Shown: in pieces, positions 18,922-27,219 of the stretch
How the letters are laid out: every line of letters begins with the position of its first letter
Numbering within the stretch: position 1 is the first letter of the stretch
IMG/VR virus record: IMGVR_UViG_3300020165_002390
Location: 1-55,674 of that record
Strand: one strand, 5' to 3'
Source of the DNA: a virus
Lineage: Duplodnaviria; Caudoviricetes
Length of the DNA stretch: 55,674 bases
Made by a program: the position numbers and the translations under genes
The notes under the pieces: model-generated
What the model saw: the letters and a program-made list of their open reading frames with translations, nothing else
Told to the model about the DNA's origin: nothing
Database searches by the model: none

Positions 18922-19524
18922 ATGTTCAAAAACGTAGACAAATCAATGCTGTTGAAATTAGTGGCACTTCACGTGATAGTGATCACTGTTTCAAATGCGT
19001 TAGTGGCTATACCGGTAGAGATATTCGGTGTGAAATTGACGTGGGCGGCATTCACATTCCCATTAGTAGTAATAGCAACTGACTTGACTGTCAGGCTACT
19101 GGGTAAAACAATAGCAAGACAAACAATCGCGGCGGCTTATCCATTAGCAATAATTGGATCCATTGCAGTTGTCTTGGCAGAAGGAGCACCGGGATCGGTC
19201 GCAGTAAGAATTGGTTTCGCAAGTGCCACTGCTTATGCAATTGGTACAATGCTTGACGTGTATGTATTCCAATACATCAGAGAAGGGTTCAAGAACAATT
19301 GGTGGTTGGCACCAGCGGTATCAACTATCGCGGCTAACATCATTGACACTTACACTTTCTTTGCTGTTGCATTCAACAACAGTGCAGACGAGTACATGGC
19401 GGCAAACTGGATGGAGATCGCAGGATCTCAAGTTGTAATTAAAATTGCAGTCGGCTTGTTAGTATTCCTACCAGCATATGGTATTTTACTGAACAGACTA
19501 CAAAAAAGTTACAAACTGAAATAG
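18922..19524 (+). CDS. yhhQ: Queuosine precursor (preQ0/preQ1) transporter, YhhQ/VUT family
   Basis: SN...TWAAFTFP..ATDLTVRLLG..ARQ, RIGFAS..AY, LDVYVF, DTYTFF; multiple TM segments. Confidence 0.9.
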   Translation: MFKNVDKSMLLKLVALHVIVITVSNALVAIPVEIFGVKLTWAAFTFPLVVIATDLTVRLLGKTIARQTIAAAYPLAIIGSIAVVLAEGAPGSVAVRIGFASATAYAIGTMLDVYVFQYIREGFKNNWWLAPAVSTIAANIIDTYTFFAVAFNNSADEYMAANWMEIAGSQVVIKIAVGLLVFLPAYGILLNRLQKSYKLK

Positions 19525-19525
19525 T

Positions 19526-19609
19526 ATGATGAACAAAGTCTACACAGGCGCCGGTATACTAGCAGTAGTACTAGCGGTTACGGCTGTCGTGGCATTCACA
19601 CTACTTTAG
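19526..19609 (+). CDS. 27-aa single-TM microprotein (MMNKVYTGAGILAVVLAVTAVVAFTLL), not in the ORF track
   Basis: ATG 1 nt after the yhhQ stop; fills the gap up to the hairpin; hydrophobic. Confidence 0.5.
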   Translation: MMNKVYTGAGILAVVLAVTAVVAFTLL

Positions 19610-19611
19610 AA

Positions 19612-19639
19612 TCAATGGGGGATTTATTTCCCCCATTGA
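19612..19639. terminator. Perfect 11-bp inverted repeat (possible terminator or operator)
   Basis: TCAATGGGGGA-TTTATT-TCCCCCATTGA; no U-tract; the right arm overlaps the next -35 box. Confidence 0.5.
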
Positions 19640-19664
19640 CAAAACATCTAAATACATTTATAAT
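19636..19664 (+). promoter_or_regulatory. Perfect sigma70 consensus promoter TTGACA-N17-TATAAT
   Basis: TTGACA at 19636-19641 and TATAAT at 19659-19664; ATG at 19674 with no SD. Confidence 0.85.
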
Positions 19665-19673
19665 AAAAACATC

Positions 19674-20072
19674 ATGGGAAACAAAGCAGGAAAAATTTGG
19701 GGATCAACAGAACTAATCGAAGCGAACGGTTCTTGTGAATTTCACAGGATAGATTTTGTGAAAGGTGGCACGTGTTCAAAACACAAACACGAATACAAAT
19801 GGAATGGTTTCTACGTGATGTCAGGCGAGATGAAGATCCGTGTGTGGCAGAAGGACTACGACCTAGTAGACGAGACCATACTTAAAGCCGGTGACTACAC
19901 AGCAGTGAAGCCAGGACTATATCACTCTTTCGAGGGATTAGAAGATGGTGTTGCGTTTGAGTTGTATTGGGCGGAATTCAGACACAACGATATACAAAGA
20001 GAATCTGTGGGTCATTTACAGACAGGCAACGTAGTAAGGCTTGATAAAAAAAATGACAAATCAAGAAAATAA
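19674..20072 (+). CDS. Cupin-domain protein
   Basis: KIWG, CSKHKH...FYVMSG and PGLYHSF metal-binding cupin motifs. Confidence 0.85.
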   Translation: MGNKAGKIWGSTELIEANGSCEFHRIDFVKGGTCSKHKHEYKWNGFYVMSGEMKIRVWQKDYDLVDETILKAGDYTAVKPGLYHSFEGLEDGVAFELYWAEFRHNDIQRESVGHLQTGNVVRLDKKNDKSRK

Positions 20073-21066
20073 AATACCTATCAAAGGTTACGCAACTTTC
20101 GATCCATTAAAACACTGTTGGATTGGATCCGGATTTCAAGCAGAATGGTTTCATGACCTACCTATATACAAGAACAACAAGATCATGGATCCTCTCAAAC
20201 GTATTGCAGATGAAACAGAAGAGGATTATCAAACACTTGAAAAAATATTAAAAGACGCAGGTGTAAAAACATATAGAAGTTTTTTAGATATTAACAAAGT
20301 AGGATCACTTAAAAATATATTTAGGCCTCCAGTAAATCCAAGAGATCATTTCGCAGTAATCGGAGAAACACTTTATGCTGTGTGTGGACCTATCGACGGC
20401 TATACTGATGTATTAAAAAGAGTTCCTAGAAAAAATTTAAGGATAGATAATACTCCTCCTGTCATTTCTACGGCTTCTATCTGTCGTGTTGGTAAAGATT
20501 TATGGTGGGACATACATTCTGAAGTACCAAAACAAATAATGAACAAGTATGCCCAAAAATGGAGAGATGAAGGATTCAGAGTACACATTTCGGATAGGGG
20601 ATATCACAGCGACGGAGTATTTTGTGTGGTTAAACCAGGTTGCATCGTATCTTTGAAAGAAATACAGAAATACGAGGAAAACTTTCCAGGATGGGACGTC
20701 CTCTACCTACCCGATCAATCATGGGACAAGGTAAGTCCTTTTTTGAAGATGAAGGACAAAGTGGGTGGACAGTGGTGGCTCAACGGTGAAGAACACAATG
20801 ACCAATTAATACAATTTGTAAACACCTGGTTGAAGGACTGGGTTGGGTATGTAGAAGAGACAGTGTTTGATGTGAACATGCTTTCTATTGATCAAAACAC
20901 GATTATATGCAACAATTACAACAAAACAGTTTTTGACCATTTTAAAAAACACAAAGTCGAGCCTATTGTTTTCAACTTTCGACACAGGTACTTCTGGGAT
21001 GGCGGCATACACTGTATCACACAAGATTTGTATAGGGAAGGCACACAGGAGGATTATTTTGGCTAA
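20053..21066 (+). CDS. Amidinotransferase (glycine/inosamine-phosphate amidinotransferase-like pentein)
   Basis: NPRD, HSDG, FDVNML and GGIHCIT (catalytic Cys); start moved to ATG 20053. Confidence 0.8.
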   Translation: MTNQENKIPIKGYATFDPLKHCWIGSGFQAEWFHDLPIYKNNKIMDPLKRIADETEEDYQTLEKILKDAGVKTYRSFLDINKVGSLKNIFRPPVNPRDHFAVIGETLYAVCGPIDGYTDVLKRVPRKNLRIDNTPPVISTASICRVGKDLWWDIHSEVPKQIMNKYAQKWRDEGFRVHISDRGYHSDGVFCVVKPGCIVSLKEIQKYEENFPGWDVLYLPDQSWDKVSPFLKMKDKVGGQWWLNGEEHNDQLIQFVNTWLKDWVGYVEETVFDVNMLSIDQNTIICNNYNKTVFDHFKKHKVEPIVFNFRHRYFWDGGIHCITQDLYREGTQEDYFG

Positions 21067-21487
21067 CATATATACTATATACGCAGACCACAAAAAAAAT
21101 ATTACAGCACATGATTTTGTTGCCAAAATGAGTCTGTTCCTTGATAAACTTGTTGAACACAACAAGATGATTACGTACAGAATCACGAGAATGAAACTAG
21201 GTTTTAGATCAATGGACATGCCTGAGTTCAGGATAGACATGGAGTTTGTAAACATGCAGGCACTCGACGACGCCATGACAATAACCATAGCAGACAAGGA
21301 TGTTGACAAAGTACACGTAGGTTTCAACCAATATGTGGATGTTGAAACTATACAACATTTCCTTTACCGAGATTTCCCAGACGACCTAAATAAACCAAAG
21401 TTGACAGAAAAGCAAGAACAGTTTACAATGGATGATATAGTCAAGGCAACAAAAGATATAGATCCGGACCTATGGAAAAAGAAATAG
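21059..21487 (+). CDS. DUF6614-like protein (dimeric alpha+beta barrel-like)
   Basis: YRITRMKLGFRS..PEFRIDMEF..MQALD and LYRDFPD; likely TTG start at 21059 rather than 20888. Confidence 0.55.
   Translation: MANIYTIYADHKKNITAHDFVAKMSLFLDKLVEHNKMITYRITRMKLGFRSMDMPEFRIDMEFVNMQALDDAMTITIADKDVDKVHVGFNQYVDVETIQHFLYRDFPDDLNKPKLTEKQEQFTMDDIVKATKDIDPDLWKKK
21401..21429 (+). promoter_or_regulatory. Sigma70-type promoter TTGACA-N17-TACAAT upstream of queE (inside the previous CDS)
   Basis: TTGACA at 21401-21406 and TACAAT at 21424-21429. Confidence 0.65.
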
Positions 21488-22377
21488 AAAAAAAATATTA
21501 CTATTCAGAGATATTTCACAGCATACAAGGTGAAGGACACTACACGGGTGTGCCCACTGCATGGATAAGATTCTTCTTGTGCAATTTACAGTGTAGCGGA
21601 TTCGGACAAGTGGATCCAACCAATCCGGACACGTATGATCTACCGTTTGAAGACTTTGACGTCGACAGTGTAAAGAGGGTTGAAGATTTACCCGTGTGGG
21701 AGAAAGGTTGTGATTCCAGTTACACATGGGCAAAGAAGTTCAAGAAATTGATGGGACACGAGACTCCTACTGTGATGGCGGACAAGATCGTAGACATACT
21801 CAAGACTGACACAAACGCAAATGGATTGTTCCTACATCCAAACTCACGACAACACCAACACCTGTGTTTCACAGGCGGAGAACCACTGATGATTACAGGG
21901 CAGGCCGCCAGCATGGGCATATACAAGGCATTGGAAAAGAGAGCAAACTTGCCAAGTTCAATGACATATGAAACAAACGGCACACAAAAACTTACTGAAC
22001 CATTCAAACAGTGGGTAAAAAATATTCCGGAAGAGATATTCTTTAGTGTGAGTCCCAAACTATTCACAGTGTCAGGGGAGAAGACAGAGAAGGCAATCAA
22101 ACCTGAGAACGTAGCAGAATATAAGGAGTGTTCGGACAGAGGACAACTGAAATTTGTTGTGGGAGATGAAAGACGACAATGGGAAGAACTAGAAAACACA
22201 GTGAGAAAATTCAGAGAGGCTGGTGTAGATTGGCCAGTATGGATAATGCCTGTAGGAGCAAGAGAAGAAGAACAAACAGCAGGTGCTGGTAAAGTGGCAG
22301 AAGAGGCATTCAAAAGAGGGTACAACGTGGCGGCCAGAGTACACGTATACCTGTTCGGTAATGCAATAGGCACATAG
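21472..22377 (+). CDS. queE: 7-carboxy-7-deazaguanine synthase (radical SAM)
   Basis: EIFHSIQGEG..TG, CNLQC-X38-CDS, FTGGEP, ETNG, SVSPK, LKFVV, RVHVYLFGN. Confidence 0.9.
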   Translation: MEKEIEKKYYYSEIFHSIQGEGHYTGVPTAWIRFFLCNLQCSGFGQVDPTNPDTYDLPFEDFDVDSVKRVEDLPVWEKGCDSSYTWAKKFKKLMGHETPTVMADKIVDILKTDTNANGLFLHPNSRQHQHLCFTGGEPLMITGQAASMGIYKALEKRANLPSSMTYETNGTQKLTEPFKQWVKNIPEEIFFSVSPKLFTVSGEKTEKAIKPENVAEYKECSDRGQLKFVVGDERRQWEELENTVRKFREAGVDWPVWIMPVGAREEEQTAGAGKVAEEAFKRGYNVAARVHVYLFGNAIGT

Positions 22378-22455
22378 GATTGCACATAAGTACATTATAT
22401 TTTGTTGTAACGCTCCCAGAGAAGTTCACAGCATTAACCCCCAAAAATTATTGAT

Positions 22456-23892
22456 ATGGAACTTGTTATATTATTGGCAGGTATTGTGTACGGCTTGATC
22501 ATTGGCCTAATACCAGCCGCGGGAGCAACGACAGGACTAATCACACTATTTGGATTCATGCCCTACTTTGTGGGCGACCCCTACCTGGGTGTGATCTTTT
22601 GTGTGGCAGTCGTGGCATCCTCAACAACCGGTGATTCTTTCAGTGGTGTGCTATTAGGCATACCCGGGGCCAACTCTGCGGCGGCAACAATGGTTGACGG
22701 ATTCCCAATGGCCAAGAACGGTGAGGCGACACGGGCATTGAGTGCCGCGATAACATCAAGCACAGCGAATGGTTTGTTCTTTGGATCACTTACATTTTTA
22801 TTCTTGCCATGGTACACCAAGGTTGTCATGTACATGGGCATACCAGAGTTATGGGCATTGGTACTACTAGCATTTGTGACTGTGGGCTTTGTATCCACTA
22901 GGAAATATTTCAGGAGTGCGTTGGCGATAGCATTAGGAGTCACCATAGGTCTGGTAGGAGTTGATGTAAACAACGTTCCACGTTTCACAATGGGTTGGAG
23001 ATATTTAGAAGATGGTATACAAATACTGCCTTATGTTGCAGGACTGTTCGCAATACCAGAACTTTGGAATGGATGGTTCAACAGAAAGAAGACTACAACA
23101 ATCAAAGCAGAACACGGCAGTTGGCAAGATCTAAAACAAGGTGTAAAAGATACTATTAGATGTTGGAAGGATAGCATCAGGGGAGGAGCCATAGGTTCTT
23201 TCATAGGACTGCTACCTGGACTGGGTGGTGCAATGGCAGACTGGTTAGCATACGGTGCCACGGTGGCGGCCAATCCCAAAGAGAAGTTTGGTGTGGGCAA
23301 CGTCAAAGGCGTGATAGGTGCCGAAGGTGCCAACAACGCACAGAAGGCCGCATCGTTTATTCCAACTGTGCTGTTTGGAATCCCAGGTGCAAGTTTCGCC
23401 GCGATACTGATGGGACTATTTTTATACCTGGGCATTGACCTAGGTTCACCTGATACATTTTACGACGACAGATTATTTGACAGCATGACATTTGCTTTTT
23501 TAATAGGAACAATCATAACTGCTGTCATCTGTTATGGACTGGCATATTTCGCGGGGTGGGTTACAAGAGTACCATATGTGTATTACTTTCCTTTCATACT
23601 TGCTGTGATAGTTTGGGCGACCTTGCAATACACAGGCGGGTGGGAAGACCTTGCAGTGCTATTAGTGTTCTCAATCATGGGACTACTATGTAAAAAATTC
23701 CAAGTGAGCAGGCCAGCACTGCTTATTGGATATCTATTAAGTGATCGAATATATAGCCTCACTTATCAACTAACAACACTCCACACGGTAAATGATTTAG
23801 TCACGAGACCGATCTTTATTTGCATAATGATCTGTGTTATACTTTTACTGTATTGGGGATTAACAAAACGGAGTAAACTAGACTATGCTTAA
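22456..23892 (+). CDS. tctA: Tripartite tricarboxylate transporter large permease (TctA family)
   Basis: GLIPAAG, LLGIPG...DGFPMAKNG, GLLPGLGG, EGANNA, FGIPG; about 12 TM. Confidence 0.9.
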   Translation: MELVILLAGIVYGLIIGLIPAAGATTGLITLFGFMPYFVGDPYLGVIFCVAVVASSTTGDSFSGVLLGIPGANSAAATMVDGFPMAKNGEATRALSAAITSSTANGLFFGSLTFLFLPWYTKVVMYMGIPELWALVLLAFVTVGFVSTRKYFRSALAIALGVTIGLVGVDVNNVPRFTMGWRYLEDGIQILPYVAGLFAIPELWNGWFNRKKTTTIKAEHGSWQDLKQGVKDTIRCWKDSIRGGAIGSFIGLLPGLGGAMADWLAYGATVAANPKEKFGVGNVKGVIGAEGANNAQKAASFIPTVLFGIPGASFAAILMGLFLYLGIDLGSPDTFYDDRLFDSMTFAFLIGTIITAVICYGLAYFAGWVTRVPYVYYFPFILAVIVWATLQYTGGWEDLAVLLVFSIMGLLCKKFQVSRPALLIGYLLSDRIYSLTYQLTTLHTVNDLVTRPIFICIMICVILLLYWGLTKRSKLDYA

Positions 23893-24931
23893 GAAAACAA
23901 TAATGGCCTTGTTCTTAATAACAACAACAGCATTGGCAGATTACAATTTAATCGTGCCACAAAAACCATCTGGTGGAACTTCTGTGTGGGCACAGATAGT
24001 TGTAGCAGAATGGGAGAAACACCTAGGTGAGAAGATTAACTTGATATACAAGCCAGGTGCAAGAGATCAACTGGGGCCAAACGAGTTCCAAAATGAACTT
24101 AGATTCAACAACAAGACTATACTTGTATCACATGGCGGTAACGGTATATCATATCTTACTGAGCCAGTTGATTACAACTACTTTGACTGGGAATCAGTGG
24201 GACACATGAATCTCAACATCATTGTTGGTGCGAGGAATAAAGCAGACACCACAAATGGCCCAATACAGTTTCCGTCAGGATCTGGAATGACCCCAGAGAT
24301 TATGGCAATCGTTATGTTGCTTACAGGTCCCAACGGTGATCCAATCAAAACATTTGAAGACAAGATCATTTGGGTAAAAGGAATGAAAGGCTCAGAGAGA
24401 AGACTTGCATTCATCAGAGGTGACTTGAACGCAACCAGGGAGAACCCTGCCGCATACAAGAAACACGTTATGCCAGTAATAGGCAAAGGTGACGCATACA
24501 CTTGGTTCCATCATGGACTACTAAATGTTAACACAGGTGATCATGATGAAGATCCTAACTTCACAGAACCAACGTTTGAAGCACTGTATGAATCTACATA
24601 TGGCGTTGCACCAAGTGGTGACTTCTATGATGCATACAAACTTGTAAAGAGTTGGAGAGATGCATTACAGAAAGCATTCTGGGTGAACGCAGGCAATCCA
24701 AACAAACAAAAACTTGTCGACGCTTTAGACAAGATGATCAAGGATCCTGAGTCGGTGGCCGCCATCGAAAAGAAAGTGGGCAAGTACGAGTGGAGAACAG
24801 GTGAGGAAGGTGATGCCGCAGTGAGAACACTGAAGTCATTCATCACACCTGGTGCATTGAAAACACTATCTGATTTTGGAAAGAATCAATTGGGCTACAA
24901 TGCCATCTACAAGGAAGAGTTGACCAAGTAG
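23885..24931 (+). CDS. TctC/Bug-like periplasmic substrate-binding protein
   Basis: Signal peptide; LIVPQKPSGGT and YKPGA; directly after tctA. Confidence 0.75.
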   Translation: MLKKTIMALFLITTTALADYNLIVPQKPSGGTSVWAQIVVAEWEKHLGEKINLIYKPGARDQLGPNEFQNELRFNNKTILVSHGGNGISYLTEPVDYNYFDWESVGHMNLNIIVGARNKADTTNGPIQFPSGSGMTPEIMAIVMLLTGPNGDPIKTFEDKIIWVKGMKGSERRLAFIRGDLNATRENPAAYKKHVMPVIGKGDAYTWFHHGLLNVNTGDHDEDPNFTEPTFEALYESTYGVAPSGDFYDAYKLVKSWRDALQKAFWVNAGNPNKQKLVDALDKMIKDPESVAAIEKKVGKYEWRTGEEGDAAVRTLKSFITPGALKTLSDFGKNQLGYNAIYKEELTK

Positions 24932-25528
24932 ATGTATATTTTGTTTACAGGGGCACCAGGATCAAAGTGGAGTAGTGTTGTCAAGAACATCTACTGGAGT
25001 GATGACATAGATCACACAGACTACTCCGAGGCAAGGACCTACTACCACGATGCCGATACCCCTGGACGCAAACATCTTATGCATACAGGAGCCTATTGGG
25101 ATCCAGGCATGGAGTACGACAACGGTCGAGACGAATGGGACAAGCCATTCTCGGGCACGGGCCGGAGGATCATCAAGTCACACACGTTCGCACACCAACT
25201 GGACGAACTGAAGACGCTGGGACACCCCATCGTGCTGGTCCGCAGGAGCAACATGGAATGTTATGACTGGTGGAAACTGTGTGGGGAGTTCAGCATAACA
25301 TATCCCAACTACCAACACTTCGAGAACTTGGACAAGATGTGGACGCACATACAGGATGAAAACACAGACATCACACGGTTCATACAGCAAAACCTAAACA
25401 GGATAACCTGTCCCGTGGACAATTTTGACCTGTGCCGGGTCCTAGGAATAAAAGAACCAGGTCCCAGAGACAGCATACATACACACAACTACACGAACAA
25501 GGATATCAAGGTATATGTCTACAAGTAA
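24932..25528 (+). CDS. P-loop-like protein (sulfotransferase/kinase-like)
   Basis: ILFTGAPGSKWS, IIKSH, VLVRR. Confidence 0.45.
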   Translation: MYILFTGAPGSKWSSVVKNIYWSDDIDHTDYSEARTYYHDADTPGRKHLMHTGAYWDPGMEYDNGRDEWDKPFSGTGRRIIKSHTFAHQLDELKTLGHPIVLVRRSNMECYDWWKLCGEFSITYPNYQHFENLDKMWTHIQDENTDITRFIQQNLNRITCPVDNFDLCRVLGIKEPGPRDSIHTHNYTNKDIKVYVYK

Positions 25529-26171
25529 TTGGGAAGACGCAAAATTAAGAAGCAACTACCACTTCAACAAATGGCACAAGGACACAGAATGTGTTGAACA
25601 CCTGGGCAAGTTTACAGGTGGATGGCAGACAGAACTACAAGCAGTGATAGAAGATGGCAAACCTCTGAACTGGGGCAACCGTAGAGAAGGTACAGGCAGA
25701 GAAAACACCAACATCAATGTCGAAGCAGAAGAGAATGATCTAAAGACAGCAGGTGCAGATCCCAAGATGACAATATACAGAGGACTAGCAGACTTCACTA
25801 AATGTCCAACACTGCAAAGAATGACAGACTACTTTGCAATGACTTCTACAAAATCTAAACTACACATACAGTTCACTGGAGAAGTATTGAACACGCACAT
25901 AGACAAATTGTATGATCTAGATGCCAACCCTAATAATGTTGTTCGTATAATGGTAATGTTGCAGGATTGGGAACCAGGACAATTCATAATGTACGGTAAC
26001 GAACAGTTCGACAGATGGCGGACAGGAGACATACACAAATTTGATTGGCAGAACCTACCACACTCAACAGCAAACGCCAGCAACAAGCCTAGGCCCATGT
26101 TGGTAATTACAGGTGTCATGACTGATGAGACTAGACAGATATTGTCAAAGCCGATAAAAAAAAATATATAG
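25515..26171 (+). CDS. Fe(II)/2-oxoglutarate-dependent oxygenase-like (DSBH) protein
   Basis: HID...PHSTAN...R facial-triad pattern. Confidence 0.7.
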   Translation: MSTSNWEDAKLRSNYHFNKWHKDTECVEHLGKFTGGWQTELQAVIEDGKPLNWGNRREGTGRENTNINVEAEENDLKTAGADPKMTIYRGLADFTKCPTLQRMTDYFAMTSTKSKLHIQFTGEVLNTHIDKLYDLDANPNNVVRIMVMLQDWEPGQFIMYGNEQFDRWRTGDIHKFDWQNLPHSTANASNKPRPMLVITGVMTDETRQILSKPIKKNI

Positions 26172-26197
26172 ACTTTCTTGCTACTATTATATAATAT
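26169..26197 (+). promoter_or_regulatory. Sigma70-type promoter TAGACT-N17-TAATAT (overlapping TATAAT)
   Basis: AT-rich intergenic region; ATG 26204 follows closely with no SD. Confidence 0.45.
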
Positions 26198-26203
26198 AAC
26201 AGT

Positions 26204-26878
26204 ATGAATAAAAAGATATTCGCAAAACTGCTAGTACACAGCCAAAACGACCTAAACAAGATAACACAACCCTACATCAAAGAAACATTTGGGGTGGAAG
26301 TTAAGAGATGTGACACCATAGAACAATACGTACAAGTAATAGACGACGCCTGCCTAAACAAATACTTCTCCAAATACTGGCAGAACGACATGAAGAAATG
26401 GAAGTACTCTGGACTTGCACTGATAGACGAAGTCAACAATCTTAAGCCTAGGGCAGTGCTTGATGTTGGGTGTGGGTACAATGAGTTTAAGGGCAAAATA
26501 GATAATTTGATAGGAATAGATCCATACAACGATGAAGCAGACCTTAAAGTTAGCACACTGGAATACAAGACAAATCAGAAGTTTGATGCGATATTGTGTC
26601 TTGGTTCGGTGAACTTTGGTAACAGAGACAAGATCATTGCAGAGGTATCGAGATGTGTGCATCTGCTGGCAGACAGTGGTATCATGTTCTTCAGGGTAAA
26701 CCCAGGTGTGCAACACGACAAGCCAGAAGCATACTGGATAGAGTTCTTTGGATGGAATGTTCCTTTTATCATAGAACTTTCCAATATGTTTAATTTGGAT
26801 ATATTGGATATTAGAGACGACACTAACCAAAGGAAATACTTTATATTTAGAAAGAAGTTGACTAATCTGGAAAAATAA
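26204..26878 (+). CDS. Class I SAM-dependent methyltransferase
   Basis: VLDVGCG, GID, FDAILCLGSVN. Confidence 0.85.
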   Translation: MNKKIFAKLLVHSQNDLNKITQPYIKETFGVEVKRCDTIEQYVQVIDDACLNKYFSKYWQNDMKKWKYSGLALIDEVNNLKPRAVLDVGCGYNEFKGKIDNLIGIDPYNDEADLKVSTLEYKTNQKFDAILCLGSVNFGNRDKIIAEVSRCVHLLADSGIMFFRVNPGVQHDKPEAYWIEFFGWNVPFIIELSNMFNLDILDIRDDTNQRKYFIFRKKLTNLEK

Positions 26879-26886
26879 AGTAAAAT
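26858..26886 (+). promoter_or_regulatory. Sigma70-type promoter TTGACT-N17-TAAAAT
   Basis: -35 at 26858-26863 and -10 at 26881-26886; ATG 26893 lies 6 nt downstream. Confidence 0.65.
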
Positions 26887-26892
26887 ATACAT

Positions 26893-27219
26893 ATGAAGGT
26901 AAAGAAAACAGCAAAGACAACTATTAAGAAAAAACTAAAAAAAGGTTCTAAGAAAAGTGAAGAGCCAATTGTAAAAGTTCTTAATCTAAATGTTAATCCT
27001 GAGAATCCTAGGAATGGTTTCTTTGAGCTAGACTGGAATCCTGAGTTTGTAAATATGTTGAAACAATCTGGATATCAAGGCGAGAGCGAAGAAGAGATTG
27101 TCGACAAGTGGTTCCAAACACTATGTCAGACTATTGGCAACGAGCAAGGCTTAGACGTTAATGCTTCGGGCTATGTAAAGATGACTAGAAGAGATGACGG
27201 AAAAACTGAGGTGTCGTAA
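26893..27219 (+). CDS. Hypothetical phage protein with Lys-rich N-terminus
   Basis: FELDWNPEFV..L...GY.G..EEEIVDKWF; coupled to the RNase H gene. Confidence 0.65.
   Translation: MKVKKTAKTTIKKKLKKGSKKSEEPIVKVLNLNVNPENPRNGFFELDWNPEFVNMLKQSGYQGESEEEIVDKWFQTLCQTIGNEQGLDVNASGYVKMTRRDDGKTEVS

Noticed and set aside
20888-21058. Long N-terminal extension of the DUF6614-like ORF
   Set aside because: It overlaps the catalytic C-terminus of the amidinotransferase; TTG 21059 is the more plausible start
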